This document shows, one piece after another, positions 49,540 to 60,083 of a stretch of 64,000 bases of DNA. Under the pieces are notes generated by a model. It saw nothing but the letters and a program-made list of their open reading frames with translations. It was not told the origin of the DNA and did not search any database. This DNA comes from an uncultured Odoribacter sp. (GTDB lineage: Bacteria; Bacteroidota; Bacteroidia; Bacteroidales; Marinifilaceae): positions 8,679 through 72,678 of the forward strand of contig CAMDJC010000004.1 in assembly GCA_945900015.1 (NCBI GenBank), read 5' to 3'. Positions within the stretch are counted from its first letter, which is position 1. The number at the start of each line of letters is the position of its first letter. A program made the translations under genes and the position numbers.

Positions 49540-50868
49540 ATGGATACAATACTGATTATTGATGACGAACAGACCATTAGAATGCTGTTAAGCAGAATAC
49601 TTGAACTTGAAGGATATGAAGTTTTTCAAGCTAAAGACAGAGCCAGCGGATTAGAGATGCTCAAAAAGCACGAAGTGCAAGTCATTTTATGCGATGTTTT
49701 TCTACCTGATGGAAATGGAGTCATCATGGTTCCGGAACTAAAAAAAATTGCCCCACAAGCTAATATCATCTTACTTACAGCACACGGAAATATTCCTGAT
49801 GGTGTACAAGCCATTAAAAATGGTGCTTTTGACTATATTGTTAAAGGTGATGACAACCGAAAAATCATCCCCTTAGTCAGTAGAGCCATGACTGAACAGA
49901 AACTACATCATTCAGAACAGATAACACCACAACCCAATACCCTTATCTTTTCTGCTATTACAGGAAAATCTGCTTGCTTACAAGAAGTAGTACACATGGC
50001 TCAAAAAGTGGCAGCGACAGATGCCTGCGTTTTACTAACAGGCGAAACCGGTACCGGCAAAGAAGTATTTGCCCAATCCATCCATCAGGCCAGTCCCCGA
50101 AAAGACAAACCGTTCATTGCACTTAACTGTTCTGCTTTCAGTAAAGAATTATTGGAAAGCGAATTATTCGGACACAAAGCCGGAGCCTTTACAGGTGCTT
50201 TAAAAGATAAAAAAGGACTATTCGAAGAAGCTCATGGCGGAACTATTTTTCTGGACGAAATTGGAGAAATGGAATTTAGCCTACAAGCTAAATTATTACG
50301 TGTTCTGGAATCAAGTGAATTCATCAAAGTAGGAGATACAAAATACACCAAAATAAATGTCCGCATCATCGCAGCCACCAACCGAGACTTGAAAAGTGAG
50401 ATTGAAAAAGGCAATTTTAGAGAAGACCTCTATTTCCGGTTGTCAGTTTTTCAAATCCAACTTCCTCCATTACGGGAACGTAAAGAAGACATCGAAATAT
50501 TGGCTCAAACATTTCTCCAGCAATTTGCCAAAAAATTAAATAAAAACATCTCCGGAATAACCCCCGAAGTACTCACAGCCTTGCAACAAGCCGAATGGAA
50601 AGGTAATATTCGAGAACTCAGAAATATCATGGAGCGCAGTGCCATTGTATGTGACAATATAGTAACTCTGCAAGATTTACCAGTCGAATTGCAACACAAC
50701 CACTTTCAAAACACAAATGAAAGTAACGAATTTGAATTATCTGTCATCGAACGTAAGCACATCATGAAAGTTTTACAATATACCCATGGCAACAAAACAG
50801 AAGCAGCACGACTCTTAAAAATAGGTTTAGCTACCCTCTATCGAAAAATAGAAACCTATCATATTTAA
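49540..50868 (+). CDS. Sigma-54-dependent response regulator (NtrC family)
   Basis: REC domain, GETGTGKE, ELFGHKAGAFTGA, FLDEIGE, Fis HTH. Confidence 0.95.
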   Translation: MDTILIIDDEQTIRMLLSRILELEGYEVFQAKDRASGLEMLKKHEVQVILCDVFLPDGNGVIMVPELKKIAPQANIILLTAHGNIPDGVQAIKNGAFDYIVKGDDNRKIIPLVSRAMTEQKLHHSEQITPQPNTLIFSAITGKSACLQEVVHMAQKVAATDACVLLTGETGTGKEVFAQSIHQASPRKDKPFIALNCSAFSKELLESELFGHKAGAFTGALKDKKGLFEEAHGGTIFLDEIGEMEFSLQAKLLRVLESSEFIKVGDTKYTKINVRIIAATNRDLKSEIEKGNFREDLYFRLSVFQIQLPPLRERKEDIEILAQTFLQQFAKKLNKNISGITPEVLTALQQAEWKGNIRELRNIMERSAIVCDNIVTLQDLPVELQHNHFQNTNESNEFELSVIERKHIMKVLQYTHGNKTEAARLLKIGLATLYRKIETYHI

Positions 50869-50890
50869 ATCTATTATCTCAAAATGATAA

Positions 50891-50927
50891 AAGGACCTTC
50901 TCAAAATGAGAAGGTCCTTCTTTTTTT
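50891..50927 (+). terminator. Terminator after the regulator, overlapping a putative enhancer site
   Basis: AAGGACCTTCTCA-AAA-TGAGAAGGTCCTT plus T-run. Confidence 0.8.
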
Positions 50928-50989
50928 GCCCTATTAATAAAAATCCTATTCGACTATCATTCAAAGCATTTCATTCATTCCACACATTA

Positions 50990-51004
50990 TGGCATATCCA
51001 TTGC
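50990..51004 (+). promoter_or_regulatory. Sigma54 -24/-12 promoter of the kdp operon
   Basis: TGGCAT-ATCCA-TTGC matches TGGCAC-N5-TTGC. Confidence 0.85.
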
Positions 51005-51057
51005 CAATATAATAAACAGTTTAGTATAAATAAGTATCACAAATAAAACAAGAAAAA

Positions 51058-51156
51058 ATGGAATTGTTAAGTATTGGATTTGTAATTTGCATACTCTTAG
51101 GAGTTGCCTGTTTTTGGATATTCATGAAATGCATTGATTGGTTTGAAAACATTTAA
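51058..51156 (+). CDS. 32-aa membrane microprotein upstream of kdpF
   Basis: MELLSIGFVICILLGVACFWIFMKCIDWFENI*; A-rich leader, single TM. Confidence 0.65.
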   Translation: MELLSIGFVICILLGVACFWIFMKCIDWFENI

Positions 51157-51167
51157 AAAAGATAATT

Positions 51168-51248
51168 ATGTATACAGCACTATTTATTATCTGTCTGATT
51201 CTATTTGGTTATTTAATGTATGTCTTGGTTAAACCCGAGAAATTTTAA
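51168..51248 (+). CDS. kdpF: K+-transporting ATPase F subunit
   Basis: MYTALFIICLILFGYLMYVLVKPEKF* with YL.Y.L..PE.F signature. Confidence 0.9.
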   Translation: MYTALFIICLILFGYLMYVLVKPEKF

Positions 51249-51262
51249 AAAAGAAAAAAATC

Positions 51263-52969
51263 ATGAATACTGAAATTATAGGTGTAATAGCACAAATCAT
51301 TTTAGTAGTAGCACTTAGCTACCCACTTGGCAAATACATAGCCAAGGTTTATAAAGGCCAAAAAGTATGGAGTGACTTTATGAAACCCTTGGAACGATTC
51401 ATATTCCGATTATCAGGAATTCAACCTGACGAAGAAATGAATTGGAAACAATTCTTAAAAGCCCTATTAATGGTTAACTTTGTATGGTTTATATGGGGCA
51501 TGATTCTGTTAACTTGCCAGAATTATCTTCCTCTTAATCCAGACAACAACTTAAATCAAAGTGCCCATCAAGCATTCAACACTTGCATCAGCTTCATGGT
51601 AAACTGCAACTTGCAGCATTATAGCGGAGAAAGCGGATTAACCTACTTCACCCAACTCTTTGTCATCATGCTCTTCCAATTTATCACAGCTGCAACAGGC
51701 ATGGCAGCCATGGCTGGAATCATGAAAGCATTAGGAGAAAAAACAACCCAAACAATTGGCAATTTTTGGAATTTTCTCGTTCTAAGCTGTACCCGTATTT
51801 TATTACCTCTTTCTTTAATTGTCGGTTTCATCTTGATTCTTCAGGGTACCCCCATGGGATTTGATGGTAAGATGGAAATTACTACATTGGAAGGCAACAC
51901 ACAAACAATTTCTCAAGGTCCTGCAGCAGCAATCGTACCCATCAAACAATTAGGAACAAATGGCGGTGGTTATTTTGGTGTCAATGCTTCACATCCCTTG
52001 GAAAACCCAACTTATCTGACAAATATCATAGAATGTTGCTCCATCATACTAATTCCCATGGCAATGGTCTTTGCTTTCGGTTTTTATGTAAATCGCAAAA
52101 AATTAGGTTATAGCATCTTCGGTGTCATGCTAGTTGCTTTTTTAATTGGAGTGGGAATCAATGTTTCTCAGGAAATGGGTGGTAATCCTAAAATTGATGC
52201 CATGGGAATAACACAAGACAATGGTGCTATGGAAGGAAAAGAAATCCGCTTGGGAGCAGGAGCCACCGGCTTATGGAGCATCGTCACCACCGTCACCTCT
52301 AATGGTTCAGTCAACGGAATGCACGACTCAACCATGCCACTATCCGGCATGATAGAAATGCTAAACATGCAAATTAACACTTGGTTTGGCGGTGTCGGAG
52401 TAGGCTGGATGAACTATTTCACTTTTATCATCATAGCTGTATTTATCAGTGGATTAATGGTGGGACGCACCCCCGAATTCATGTGTCACAAAGTTGAAGC
52501 TCGAGAAATGAAAATTGCCTCCATCGTTGCACTGCTACACCCATTTGTTATTTTGGTTGGCACCGCTTTAGCCGCTTATCTGTATATACATGCACCAGAA
52601 TTTGTCAAACAAGAAGGAGGCTGGCTAAACAATCCTGGATTCCATGGCTTAAGTGAAATCCTTTACGAATTCACCTCTTGTGCTGCTAACAATGGTTCTG
52701 GCTTTGAAGGATTAGGCGATAATACATGGTTTTGGAATGTTTCTTGTGGAATTGTATTGATATTAAGCAGATTCATACCTATCATCGGACAAGTTGCCAT
52801 TGCTGGTCTGTTAGCTCAGAAAAAATACATCCCGGAAAGTGCCGGCACACTAAAGACAGACACTGTCACCTTTGCCATTATGACCTTTGCAGTCATCTTC
52901 ATTATTGCCGCTTTATCCTTCTTCCCTGCACAAGCACTCAGCACTATTGCCGAACACTTTAGTCTATAA
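51263..52969 (+). CDS. kdpA: K+-transporting ATPase A subunit
   Basis: NLQHYSGE, IKQLGTNGGG, SNGSVNGMH, ANNGSGFEG. Confidence 0.96.
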   Translation: MNTEIIGVIAQIILVVALSYPLGKYIAKVYKGQKVWSDFMKPLERFIFRLSGIQPDEEMNWKQFLKALLMVNFVWFIWGMILLTCQNYLPLNPDNNLNQSAHQAFNTCISFMVNCNLQHYSGESGLTYFTQLFVIMLFQFITAATGMAAMAGIMKALGEKTTQTIGNFWNFLVLSCTRILLPLSLIVGFILILQGTPMGFDGKMEITTLEGNTQTISQGPAAAIVPIKQLGTNGGGYFGVNASHPLENPTYLTNIIECCSIILIPMAMVFAFGFYVNRKKLGYSIFGVMLVAFLIGVGINVSQEMGGNPKIDAMGITQDNGAMEGKEIRLGAGATGLWSIVTTVTSNGSVNGMHDSTMPLSGMIEMLNMQINTWFGGVGVGWMNYFTFIIIAVFISGLMVGRTPEFMCHKVEAREMKIASIVALLHPFVILVGTALAAYLYIHAPEFVKQEGGWLNNPGFHGLSEILYEFTSCAANNGSGFEGLGDNTWFWNVSCGIVLILSRFIPIIGQVAIAGLLAQKKYIPESAGTLKTDTVTFAIMTFAVIFIIAALSFFPAQALSTIAEHFSL

Positions 52970-53007
52970 ATTATAAATAAATTGTAGAACATAAAGATTT
53001 TCTGTTT

Positions 53008-55041
53008 ATGAAAACAAATCAAAATAACAGCCTATTTCAAAAAGAATTAATTGCCGACAGCTTGAAACAGTCTTTCATTAAATTGAATCCTAAAGTAATG
53101 GTTAAAAATCCCATTATGTTTACAGTAGAGGTTTCTACATTGATTATGTTATTGGTCACTATTTACTCTGCCACCAATACATCCCAGGGTTCTTTTACTT
53201 ACAATCTACTAGTTTTCTTCATTCTATTGGTAACCTTACTTTTTGCCAATTTTGCCGAAGCTATTGCCGAAGCCAGAGGAAAAGCTCAAGCCGACAGTTT
53301 ACGCAAAACTCGTGAAGAAACACCAGCCAAAATCATCATCCACGATACCATACAAACCGTCAACAGTTCACAATTGAAAAAAGGAGATATATTCATCTGT
53401 GAAGCTGGAGATATCATTCCTGCAGACGGTGAAATCATCGAAGGATTAGCCTCAATCGACGAAAGTGCCATCACCGGAGAATCAGCACCCGTCATTCGTG
53501 AAGCCGGAGGTGACAAAAGTTCCGTAACAGGTGGTACAAAAGTGTTGTCCGACCATATTAAAGTCGTAGTAACAAGCCAGCCAGGCGAAAGTTTTTTGGA
53601 CAAAATGATTTCCTTAGTAGAAGGGGCAAGCCGTCAAAAAACCCCAAACGAAATAGCACTGACCATTTTGCTTGCCGTATTCACATTGGTTTTTCTTGTT
53701 GTATGCATCACCTTAAAACCTATGGCCGACTATTCCGGTACTATCATTACCATTGCAGCTTTCATCTCCTTGTTCGTATGCTTAATACCGACCACCATCG
53801 GTGGATTACTTTCAGCTATTGGTATCGCAGGTATGGATCGGGCTCTACGTGCCAATGTTATTACCAAATCCGGTAAAGCCGTTGAAACGGCTGGAGACAT
53901 CGATACATTGCTATTGGACAAAACCGGCACTATCACCATTGGTAATCGAAAAGCCACTGCCTTTTATCCGGTTAAAGGATTAGACCAACACACCTTTATT
54001 GAAGCCTGTCTTCTCTCTTCTGTATCAGACGCCACCCCCGAAGGAAAATCTATCATCGAATTGGGACATGAACAAGGCATACGGATACGTTCATTAAATA
54101 CAACCGGTTCACGCATGATCAAATTCACAGCAGAAACCAAATGTTCTGGTATTGATTTGCAAGACGGCACTCAAATACGCAAAGGAGCATTTGATGCTAT
54201 TCGAAGCATAGTCACCGAAGCAGGCAATGAATTTCCAAAAGAAACAGAAGAAACGATCCAACGCATTAGTAGCAAAGGAGGAACCCCGCTCGTTGTGTGT
54301 ATAAATAAAAAAATTGCCGGTATCATCGAACTGCAAGATATCATCAAACCCGGCATTGAAGAACGATTCAAGCGCCTCCGTAAAATGGGAGTAAAAACGG
54401 TTATGGTAACAGGCGACAACCCTTTAACAGCCAAATATATCACAGAAAAAGCCGGAGTAGATGATTTCATTGCAGAAGCCAAACCGGAAGATAAGATGAA
54501 CTACATCAAAAAAGAACAAGCAGCCGGTAAATTAGTTGCCATGATGGGTGATGGCACCAACGATGCTCCAGCTCTAGCACAAGCTAACGTAGGCGTTGCC
54601 ATGAACAGCGGTACACAAGCAGCCAAAGAAGCAGGTAATATGGTTGACTTGGATAACGACCCGACCAAACTGATTGAAATCGTAGAAATAGGTAAACAAT
54701 TACTCATGACACGTGGCACACTGACCACCTTCTCCATAGCCAACGACGTTGCTAAATATTTCGCCATCATACCGGCGTTGTTTATGGTTTCCGTTCCTCA
54801 ACTTAGCGCATTGAACATCATGGGGTTGCATAGTCCGGAAAGTGCAATTCTTTCAGCCATCATATTCAACGCCCTCATCATTCCGATTCTAATTCCATTG
54901 GCACTAAAAGGTGTAGCCTATAAGCCCATAGGAGCCAGTGCTTTGCTGCGCCGCAACTTATTAATCTATGGTGTTGGCGGTCTAATTGCTCCGTTCATCG
55001 GAATCAAACTAATTGATTTATTCATTGGACTATTCTTTTAA
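53008..55041 (+). CDS. kdpB: K+-transporting ATPase B subunit
   Basis: [19 protein letters not shown]. Confidence 0.97.
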   Translation: MKTNQNNSLFQKELIADSLKQSFIKLNPKVMVKNPIMFTVEVSTLIMLLVTIYSATNTSQGSFTYNLLVFFILLVTLLFANFAEAIAEARGKAQADSLRKTREETPAKIIIHDTIQTVNSSQLKKGDIFICEAGDIIPADGEIIEGLASIDESAITGESAPVIREAGGDKSSVTGGTKVLSDHIKVVVTSQPGESFLDKMISLVEGASRQKTPNEIALTILLAVFTLVFLVVCITLKPMADYSGTIITIAAFISLFVCLIPTTIGGLLSAIGIAGMDRALRANVITKSGKAVETAGDIDTLLLDKTGTITIGNRKATAFYPVKGLDQHTFIEACLLSSVSDATPEGKSIIELGHEQGIRIRSLNTTGSRMIKFTAETKCSGIDLQDGTQIRKGAFDAIRSIVTEAGNEFPKETEETIQRISSKGGTPLVVCINKKIAGIIELQDIIKPGIEERFKRLRKMGVKTVMVTGDNPLTAKYITEKAGVDDFIAEAKPEDKMNYIKKEQAAGKLVAMMGDGTNDAPALAQANVGVAMNSGTQAAKEAGNMVDLDNDPTKLIEIVEIGKQLLMTRGTLTTFSIANDVAKYFAIIPALFMVSVPQLSALNIMGLHSPESAILSAIIFNALIIPILIPLALKGVAYKPIGASALLRRNLLIYGVGGLIAPFIGIKLIDLFIGLFF

Positions 55042-55066
55042 TACTCATTCAAAATCAAATATAATC

Positions 55067-55645
55067 ATGAAAAATTTAATAAAATCCATCCGTCTTACAC
55101 TTACATTCTGTGTTGTATTGACCGTATGCTATATACTTGTTCTTTGGATTTTTGCCCAATTTGCAGCACCAGGCAAAAATGGTAATGCAGAAACTATCAC
55201 CCTCCATGGTAAAATAGTTGGTGCCAATCAAATAGGTCAGGAGTTTACCAAAGATATTTACTTTTGGGGACGTCCCTCTTGTGCCGGCGACGGATATGAT
55301 GCATCCAGTTCTGCTGGTAGCAACAAAGGCCCTGCCAATGAAGAATATCTGGCCGAAGTCAATGCTCGCATAGATACTTTTTTAGTACATCACCCTTATT
55401 TAAAAAGAAATGAAGTACCTGCTGAAATGGTAACTGCTAGTGCTTCCGGTTTAGATCCCCATATTACTCCAGCCTGTGCTTACGTACAAATCAAACGGGT
55501 AGCCCAAGCTCGCAGAATGCAAGAAGATGAAGTAAAAGCTATCGTAGAAAAAAACATCGAAAAGCCCCTATGTGGACTTTTCGGACCCGCAAAAATCAAT
55601 GTATTAAAACTAAATGTTGCTTTAGAAGAAGCCAAGGAAAAATAA
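55067..55645 (+). CDS. kdpC: K+-transporting ATPase C subunit
   Basis: YFWGRPS, MVTASASGLDPHI, INVLKLN. Confidence 0.95.
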   Translation: MKNLIKSIRLTLTFCVVLTVCYILVLWIFAQFAAPGKNGNAETITLHGKIVGANQIGQEFTKDIYFWGRPSCAGDGYDASSSAGSNKGPANEEYLAEVNARIDTFLVHHPYLKRNEVPAEMVTASASGLDPHITPACAYVQIKRVAQARRMQEDEVKAIVEKNIEKPLCGLFGPAKINVLKLNVALEEAKEK

Positions 55646-55665
55646 TAAACAACAATAACATACCA

Positions 55666-56796
55666 ATGAATAAGCGAGAAGCAAGCGCACAACATTTCCT
55701 AGAACTCATCAAACGTTCTCAAAGAGGCGTTTTCAAAATCTACATCGGCATGATAGCCGGTGTAGGTAAAACTTTTCGAATGCTCCAAGAAGCACATGAG
55801 ATGCTGGAAAACGGGATTGACGTGCAAATAGGATATGTAGAAACCCACGGTCGAACAGGTACTGAAGCCTTATTAGATGGGTTACCTGTTATCCCCCGAA
55901 AAAAAATTTTCTATAAAGGGAAAGAATTAGAAGAAATGGATTTAGATACCATCTTGCAAATTCGCCCAGAATTAGTTATTGTAGACGAATTAGCTCACAC
56001 CAACGTAGATGGCAGTCGCAATTCCAAGCGCTGGCAAGATGTCATGGAACTACTTAATGCTGGCATCAACGTCGTATCAGCAGTCAACATCCAGCATATC
56101 GAAAGTCTAAACGAAGAAATCAAAGGTATTGCCGGTATTGAAGTCAAAGAACGCATTCCGGACAAAGTTTTGGAAGAAGCCGATGAAGTGGTCAATATAG
56201 ACCTAACTGCCGAAGAACTCATCAACCGTCTAAAAAGCGGTAAAATTTACAAAACAGAAAAAATACAAACCGCACTCCATAATTTCTTTAAAACAGAAAA
56301 TATTCTTCAACTAAGGGAATTAGCACTGAAAGAAGTTGCCCTCCGCGTTGAGAAAAAAGTAAATATGGAAATAGTACCGAACGATAAGACAGTACTTCGG
56401 GAACGCTTTTTAGTGTGTATCAGCAGCAATGAAAACACTCCACGCCACCTAATACGCCGCACAGCCCGGTTAGCCTCCCGTTATGACACGGAATTTCTTG
56501 CCTTATATGTACAAACCCCTGCAGAAAATCCAGACAGAATCAATCTCTCTACACAACGCCATCTGCTTAATCACTTCAAACTAGTGACAGAATTAGGTGG
56601 TGAACTACTACAAGTCTCTTCCAACAATATCTTAAAAAGCATTGTCGGTACTTGTCGAGAACGTCAAATTACGTCAGTCTGCATCGGACAACCTAGATTA
56701 AAATACAGATATTTATTTTACATTTTTCCACGTTATCGCCGTTTTCTCCGCGCCCTTTCTAAAATGAATGTAAAATTGATTATATTTCCCCAGTAA
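55666..56796 (+). CDS. kdpD: KdpD N-terminal sensor (KdpD + USP domains), no kinase
   Basis: KIYIGMIAGVGKT, VDELAHTN, NIQHIESLN, LRELAL. Confidence 0.9.
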   Translation: MNKREASAQHFLELIKRSQRGVFKIYIGMIAGVGKTFRMLQEAHEMLENGIDVQIGYVETHGRTGTEALLDGLPVIPRKKIFYKGKELEEMDLDTILQIRPELVIVDELAHTNVDGSRNSKRWQDVMELLNAGINVVSAVNIQHIESLNEEIKGIAGIEVKERIPDKVLEEADEVVNIDLTAEELINRLKSGKIYKTEKIQTALHNFFKTENILQLRELALKEVALRVEKKVNMEIVPNDKTVLRERFLVCISSNENTPRHLIRRTARLASRYDTEFLALYVQTPAENPDRINLSTQRHLLNHFKLVTELGGELLQVSSNNILKSIVGTCRERQITSVCIGQPRLKYRYLFYIFPRYRRFLRALSKMNVKLIIFPQ

Positions 56797-56807
56797 AAAA
56801 AAACGCC

Positions 56808-58262
56808 ATGAATATAAAAACGAAACTGACATTAGGCATAGGTCTTCTAGTCGCCATGATTGTACTGCTTGTTTCCCTTTCTATTGTCAATCTGCAAATT
56901 TTGACAGAAACCGAACCCACTAGTCCTGCTGCAGAGTCTGGACTACAACGGGCTCTTTTATGGATTTCTATTGTAGGAGGTATCTGTATCAGCATAGGTA
57001 TACTTATGCTCTCTCTACTCCCCTCCTCTATCAATAAACCCATCCAAGAAATCATAAAAGGCATTCAAGAAATTGCAAACCACAATTACACCCAAAGGCT
57101 GTATTTGGAAGAGCATGAATTTCAAGAAGTGTCTAAAAACTTCAACCGAATGGCCCAAAGATTATCCGACTATCATTCAAGCACCCTTTCACAAATTATG
57201 GCTGCCAAAAACTATATGGAAACCATTATCAATAGTGTAAAGGAACCCATTATCGGATTAGATAACAATATGACCATCCTTTTCATCAATGACGAAGCAT
57301 TAAACATATTAAACGTACAACGCGAAGATATCTGGATGAAACCCGCACAAGAGATTGCATTACGCAACGACTTGCTACGACGTCTGATCCGTGAACTTCC
57401 TTCCCTGCAAAAAACAGAAAATAAAAAGAAAGACGAACCTCTAAAAATATATGCAGACAACAAAGAGAGTTACTTTCAGATTAAATACATGCCTATCACC
57501 CAAACTAACAACCACAACAATACCTCAAAACAGAAAGGCTATGTCATCATGCTTAAAAATATTACAGAATTTAAAGAATTGGACACGGCCAAAACAACTT
57601 TTATTTCCACCATTTCTCATGAATTAAAAACTCCTATCTCTGCCATACTTATGAGTCTCCAATTGTTAGAAGACAAACGAGTAGGCTCTTTAAATACCGA
57701 ACAAGAAGAACTCTCGCAAAGTATTAAGGAAAACAGTGAACGCCTATTGAATATTACAGGAGAATTACTAAACATGACTCAAGTAGAAAGCGGTAAACTG
57801 CAAATAAAGCCCAAAATTACCAAACCTATAGAACTCATCGAATACGCTCTCAAAGCCAACCGGGTACAAGCCGAAAAATTCGGTATTCAAATTGAAGTTG
57901 AATATCCAGAAGATAAAATCAGCAAACTTTTTGTTGACAGTGAAAAAATTGCCTGGGTATTAACAAACTTACTCAGCAATGCCATACGCTATTCCCCAGA
58001 ATATAGTCGCGTCATTATCGGAGCCAAACAAAAAGACGAAAAACACATTGAATTATATGTCAAAGATTTTGGTAAAGGTATTGATGCCCGATATCATGAC
58101 AGTATTTTTGAACCTTATTTCCGCGTTCCCGGCACTAAAGTACAAGGCAGCGGACTCGGTTTATCTATATCACGAGACTTTGTCGAAGCTCATGGCGGCA
58201 AACTGACCATTGAAAGCGAAATAGGTCGAGGAAGTAAATTCAGCTTAACTTTAGCTGTATAA
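56808..58262 (+). CDS. HAMP/PAS sensor histidine kinase
   Basis: Two TM helices, HAMP, SHELKTP H-box, NLLSNA, DFGKG, GSGLGL. Confidence 0.93.
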   Translation: MNIKTKLTLGIGLLVAMIVLLVSLSIVNLQILTETEPTSPAAESGLQRALLWISIVGGICISIGILMLSLLPSSINKPIQEIIKGIQEIANHNYTQRLYLEEHEFQEVSKNFNRMAQRLSDYHSSTLSQIMAAKNYMETIINSVKEPIIGLDNNMTILFINDEALNILNVQREDIWMKPAQEIALRNDLLRRLIRELPSLQKTENKKKDEPLKIYADNKESYFQIKYMPITQTNNHNNTSKQKGYVIMLKNITEFKELDTAKTTFISTISHELKTPISAILMSLQLLEDKRVGSLNTEQEELSQSIKENSERLLNITGELLNMTQVESGKLQIKPKITKPIELIEYALKANRVQAEKFGIQIEVEYPEDKISKLFVDSEKIAWVLTNLLSNAIRYSPEYSRVIIGAKQKDEKHIELYVKDFGKGIDARYHDSIFEPYFRVPGTKVQGSGLGLSISRDFVEAHGGKLTIESEIGRGSKFSLTLAV

Positions 58263-58268
58263 ACAGCT

Positions 58269-58312
58269 AAAATAAAAAAACGCACCATAAAAATGATGCG
58301 TTTTTTTATTTT
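58269..58312. terminator. Bidirectional terminator HK/tRNA
   Basis: AAAATAAAAAAACGCA...TGCGTTTTTTTATTTT. Confidence 0.8.
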
Positions 58313-58313
58313 G

Positions 58314-58386
58314 TCGAGATGACTGGACTTGAACCAGCGGCCTCCACGTCCCGAACGTGGCGCGCTACCAACTGCGCTACATCTCG
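58314..58386 (-). tRNA. tRNA-Pro (anticodon CGG)
   Basis: CGAGATG acceptor stem, CCACG-TTCGGGA-CGTGG anticodon arm, GGTTCAAGTCC T-arm. Confidence 0.96.
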
Positions 58387-58466
58387 TTTGCGGTTGCAAA
58401 TGTAATAAATGTTTCAGAAAAAAATACTACATTTGCAGAAAAATTTTACGAATAATTTTTCACGAC

Positions 58467-58802
58467 ATGGATTCAATCAGACAAAATAAAGTTGCTCGTC
58501 TAATACAGAGAGACTTAAGCGAAATGTTCCAACAAGAGTGTAGAGAGTATGCAGTGGGTGCAATGCTGTCAATTACCACCGTAAGAGTAAGCCCGGACCT
58601 TTCATATGCGAAAATTTACGTCAGCATTTTCCCTTCCGAGCGCTCAGAAAGTGTTTTAAACAGCCTGGAGGAACACAACAAAAGCATTCGCTTCATCTTA
58701 GGCAAGAAAATCGGCAAGCAGATGCGCATCATTCCGGAACTGCGTTTTTTTGTGGACGACAGCCTTGATTATATCGACAAAATCGATGAATTGTTGAAAT
58801 AA
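58467..58802 (+). CDS. rbfA: 30S ribosome-binding factor
   Basis: RQNKVARLIQRDLSE, VSPDLSYAKIY, IPELRFFVDDSLDY. Confidence 0.95.
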   Translation: MDSIRQNKVARLIQRDLSEMFQQECREYAVGAMLSITTVRVSPDLSYAKIYVSIFPSERSESVLNSLEEHNKSIRFILGKKIGKQMRIIPELRFFVDDSLDYIDKIDELLK

Positions 58803-58809
58803 TAGAAAT

Positions 58810-60018
58810 ATGCGGTTGCCTTTCTTCATAGCACGGCGCTATCTCTTTTCCAAGAAGAAACAAAATGCCATCAACATTATCTCTGCCATCAGCGTGACAG
58901 GGGTAGCAATCGGCACAACAGCGCTGATTGTTGTACTTTCTGTCTTTAACGGCATGGATATATTGCTACAGAAAAGCACCGACAGTTTCACTCCCGATTT
59001 GATTATTTCACCCGCAACCGGGAAATATGCTTATTTTGATTCTTCTTTTTATCAAACCATCAACTCCCAAACGGACATTGCCTCTTATAGCAATATAATA
59101 GAAGAAAAAGCATTGGCCCGCTATGGTGAGCGCATGTTACCGGTTGTCGTAAAAGGTGTGGACAAAAACTATGCTGAGAATTCCGGCATCACGGCCAACC
59201 TCTTGGAAGGAACATTCCAGCTACAAACCTCCCAAGGCTTCCAAGCCATTATGGGATATGGAGTTGCAGCCCACCTGCAAGCCCCGCTCAACTCCGACAC
59301 TCCGATACTGCTTTACTACCCCGATGCACACAAAAAAACAAGTAGCACAGCACTAAATACCAAGCAAGTCTATCCCTATGCCTATTTCAGTTCCCAACAA
59401 GATATCGATGCCCAATACCTCATCACCGATTTACGACTTGCCCAAGAATTGTTCGACACCGACAAACGATTATCCAAAGTAGAGATTCGCCTGTCTGACC
59501 CGACCCAAACAAAGACAGTCAAAGAAACTCTGGCACAAAAACTGCCTGACACATATCAGATAAAAGACAAGTACCAGCTTAATCAGGCTTTCTACGCTAT
59601 GATGAAATCAGAAAAGTTAGCCGTATTCCTGATACTGCTATTTATCCTACTCATTGCCTCTTTCAACATTGTCGGTTCAATCTCCATGCTGATTCTTGAC
59701 AAGAAAGAAGATCTTGCCACCTATAAAGCATTGGGCATGACCGAAAATAAATTGATTACCATATTTAAAACCGAAGGAAATCTGATTACTCTGACCGGAA
59801 CCCTTCTCGGACTGATTACAGGCACAACCATTTGCCTTATCCAAGAAAAATTCGGACTGATTACTTTGGGTGACGGCAGCTATATTGTCAATGCCTATCC
59901 GGTAAAATTAGTATTCAGCGATCTGGCAATCATCGTTGCAGTTGTTCTTTTTATCGGATACATTGCCTCCTATTTCCCTGTACGTTATCTAATCCGTAAA
60001 CTTTGTGCCCAAGATTAA
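58810..60018 (+). CDS. LolC/E (FtsX-like) ABC permease
   Basis: FIARRYL, VLSVFNG, IASFNIVGSISM, ASYFP. Confidence 0.9.
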   Translation: MRLPFFIARRYLFSKKKQNAINIISAISVTGVAIGTTALIVVLSVFNGMDILLQKSTDSFTPDLIISPATGKYAYFDSSFYQTINSQTDIASYSNIIEEKALARYGERMLPVVVKGVDKNYAENSGITANLLEGTFQLQTSQGFQAIMGYGVAAHLQAPLNSDTPILLYYPDAHKKTSSTALNTKQVYPYAYFSSQQDIDAQYLITDLRLAQELFDTDKRLSKVEIRLSDPTQTKTVKETLAQKLPDTYQIKDKYQLNQAFYAMMKSEKLAVFLILLFILLIASFNIVGSISMLILDKKEDLATYKALGMTENKLITIFKTEGNLITLTGTLLGLITGTTICLIQEKFGLITLGDGSYIVNAYPVKLVFSDLAIIVAVVLFIGYIASYFPVRYLIRKLCAQD

Positions 60019-60083
60019 AATCTTAAGATTTGCAGATTAAAAAATGGAATAATATCTTTGGGTCATTGGTAATAAATTGTACT

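Noticed and set aside
58314-58335. tRNA-Pro 3' end as integration site for the kdp region
   Set aside because: No repeat of the tRNA end and no integrase seen in the window
58396-58435. Inverted repeat GCAAATGTA...TACATTTGC
   Set aside because: Explained by back-to-back TACATTTG promoters for tRNA-Pro and rbfA; not an invertible switch
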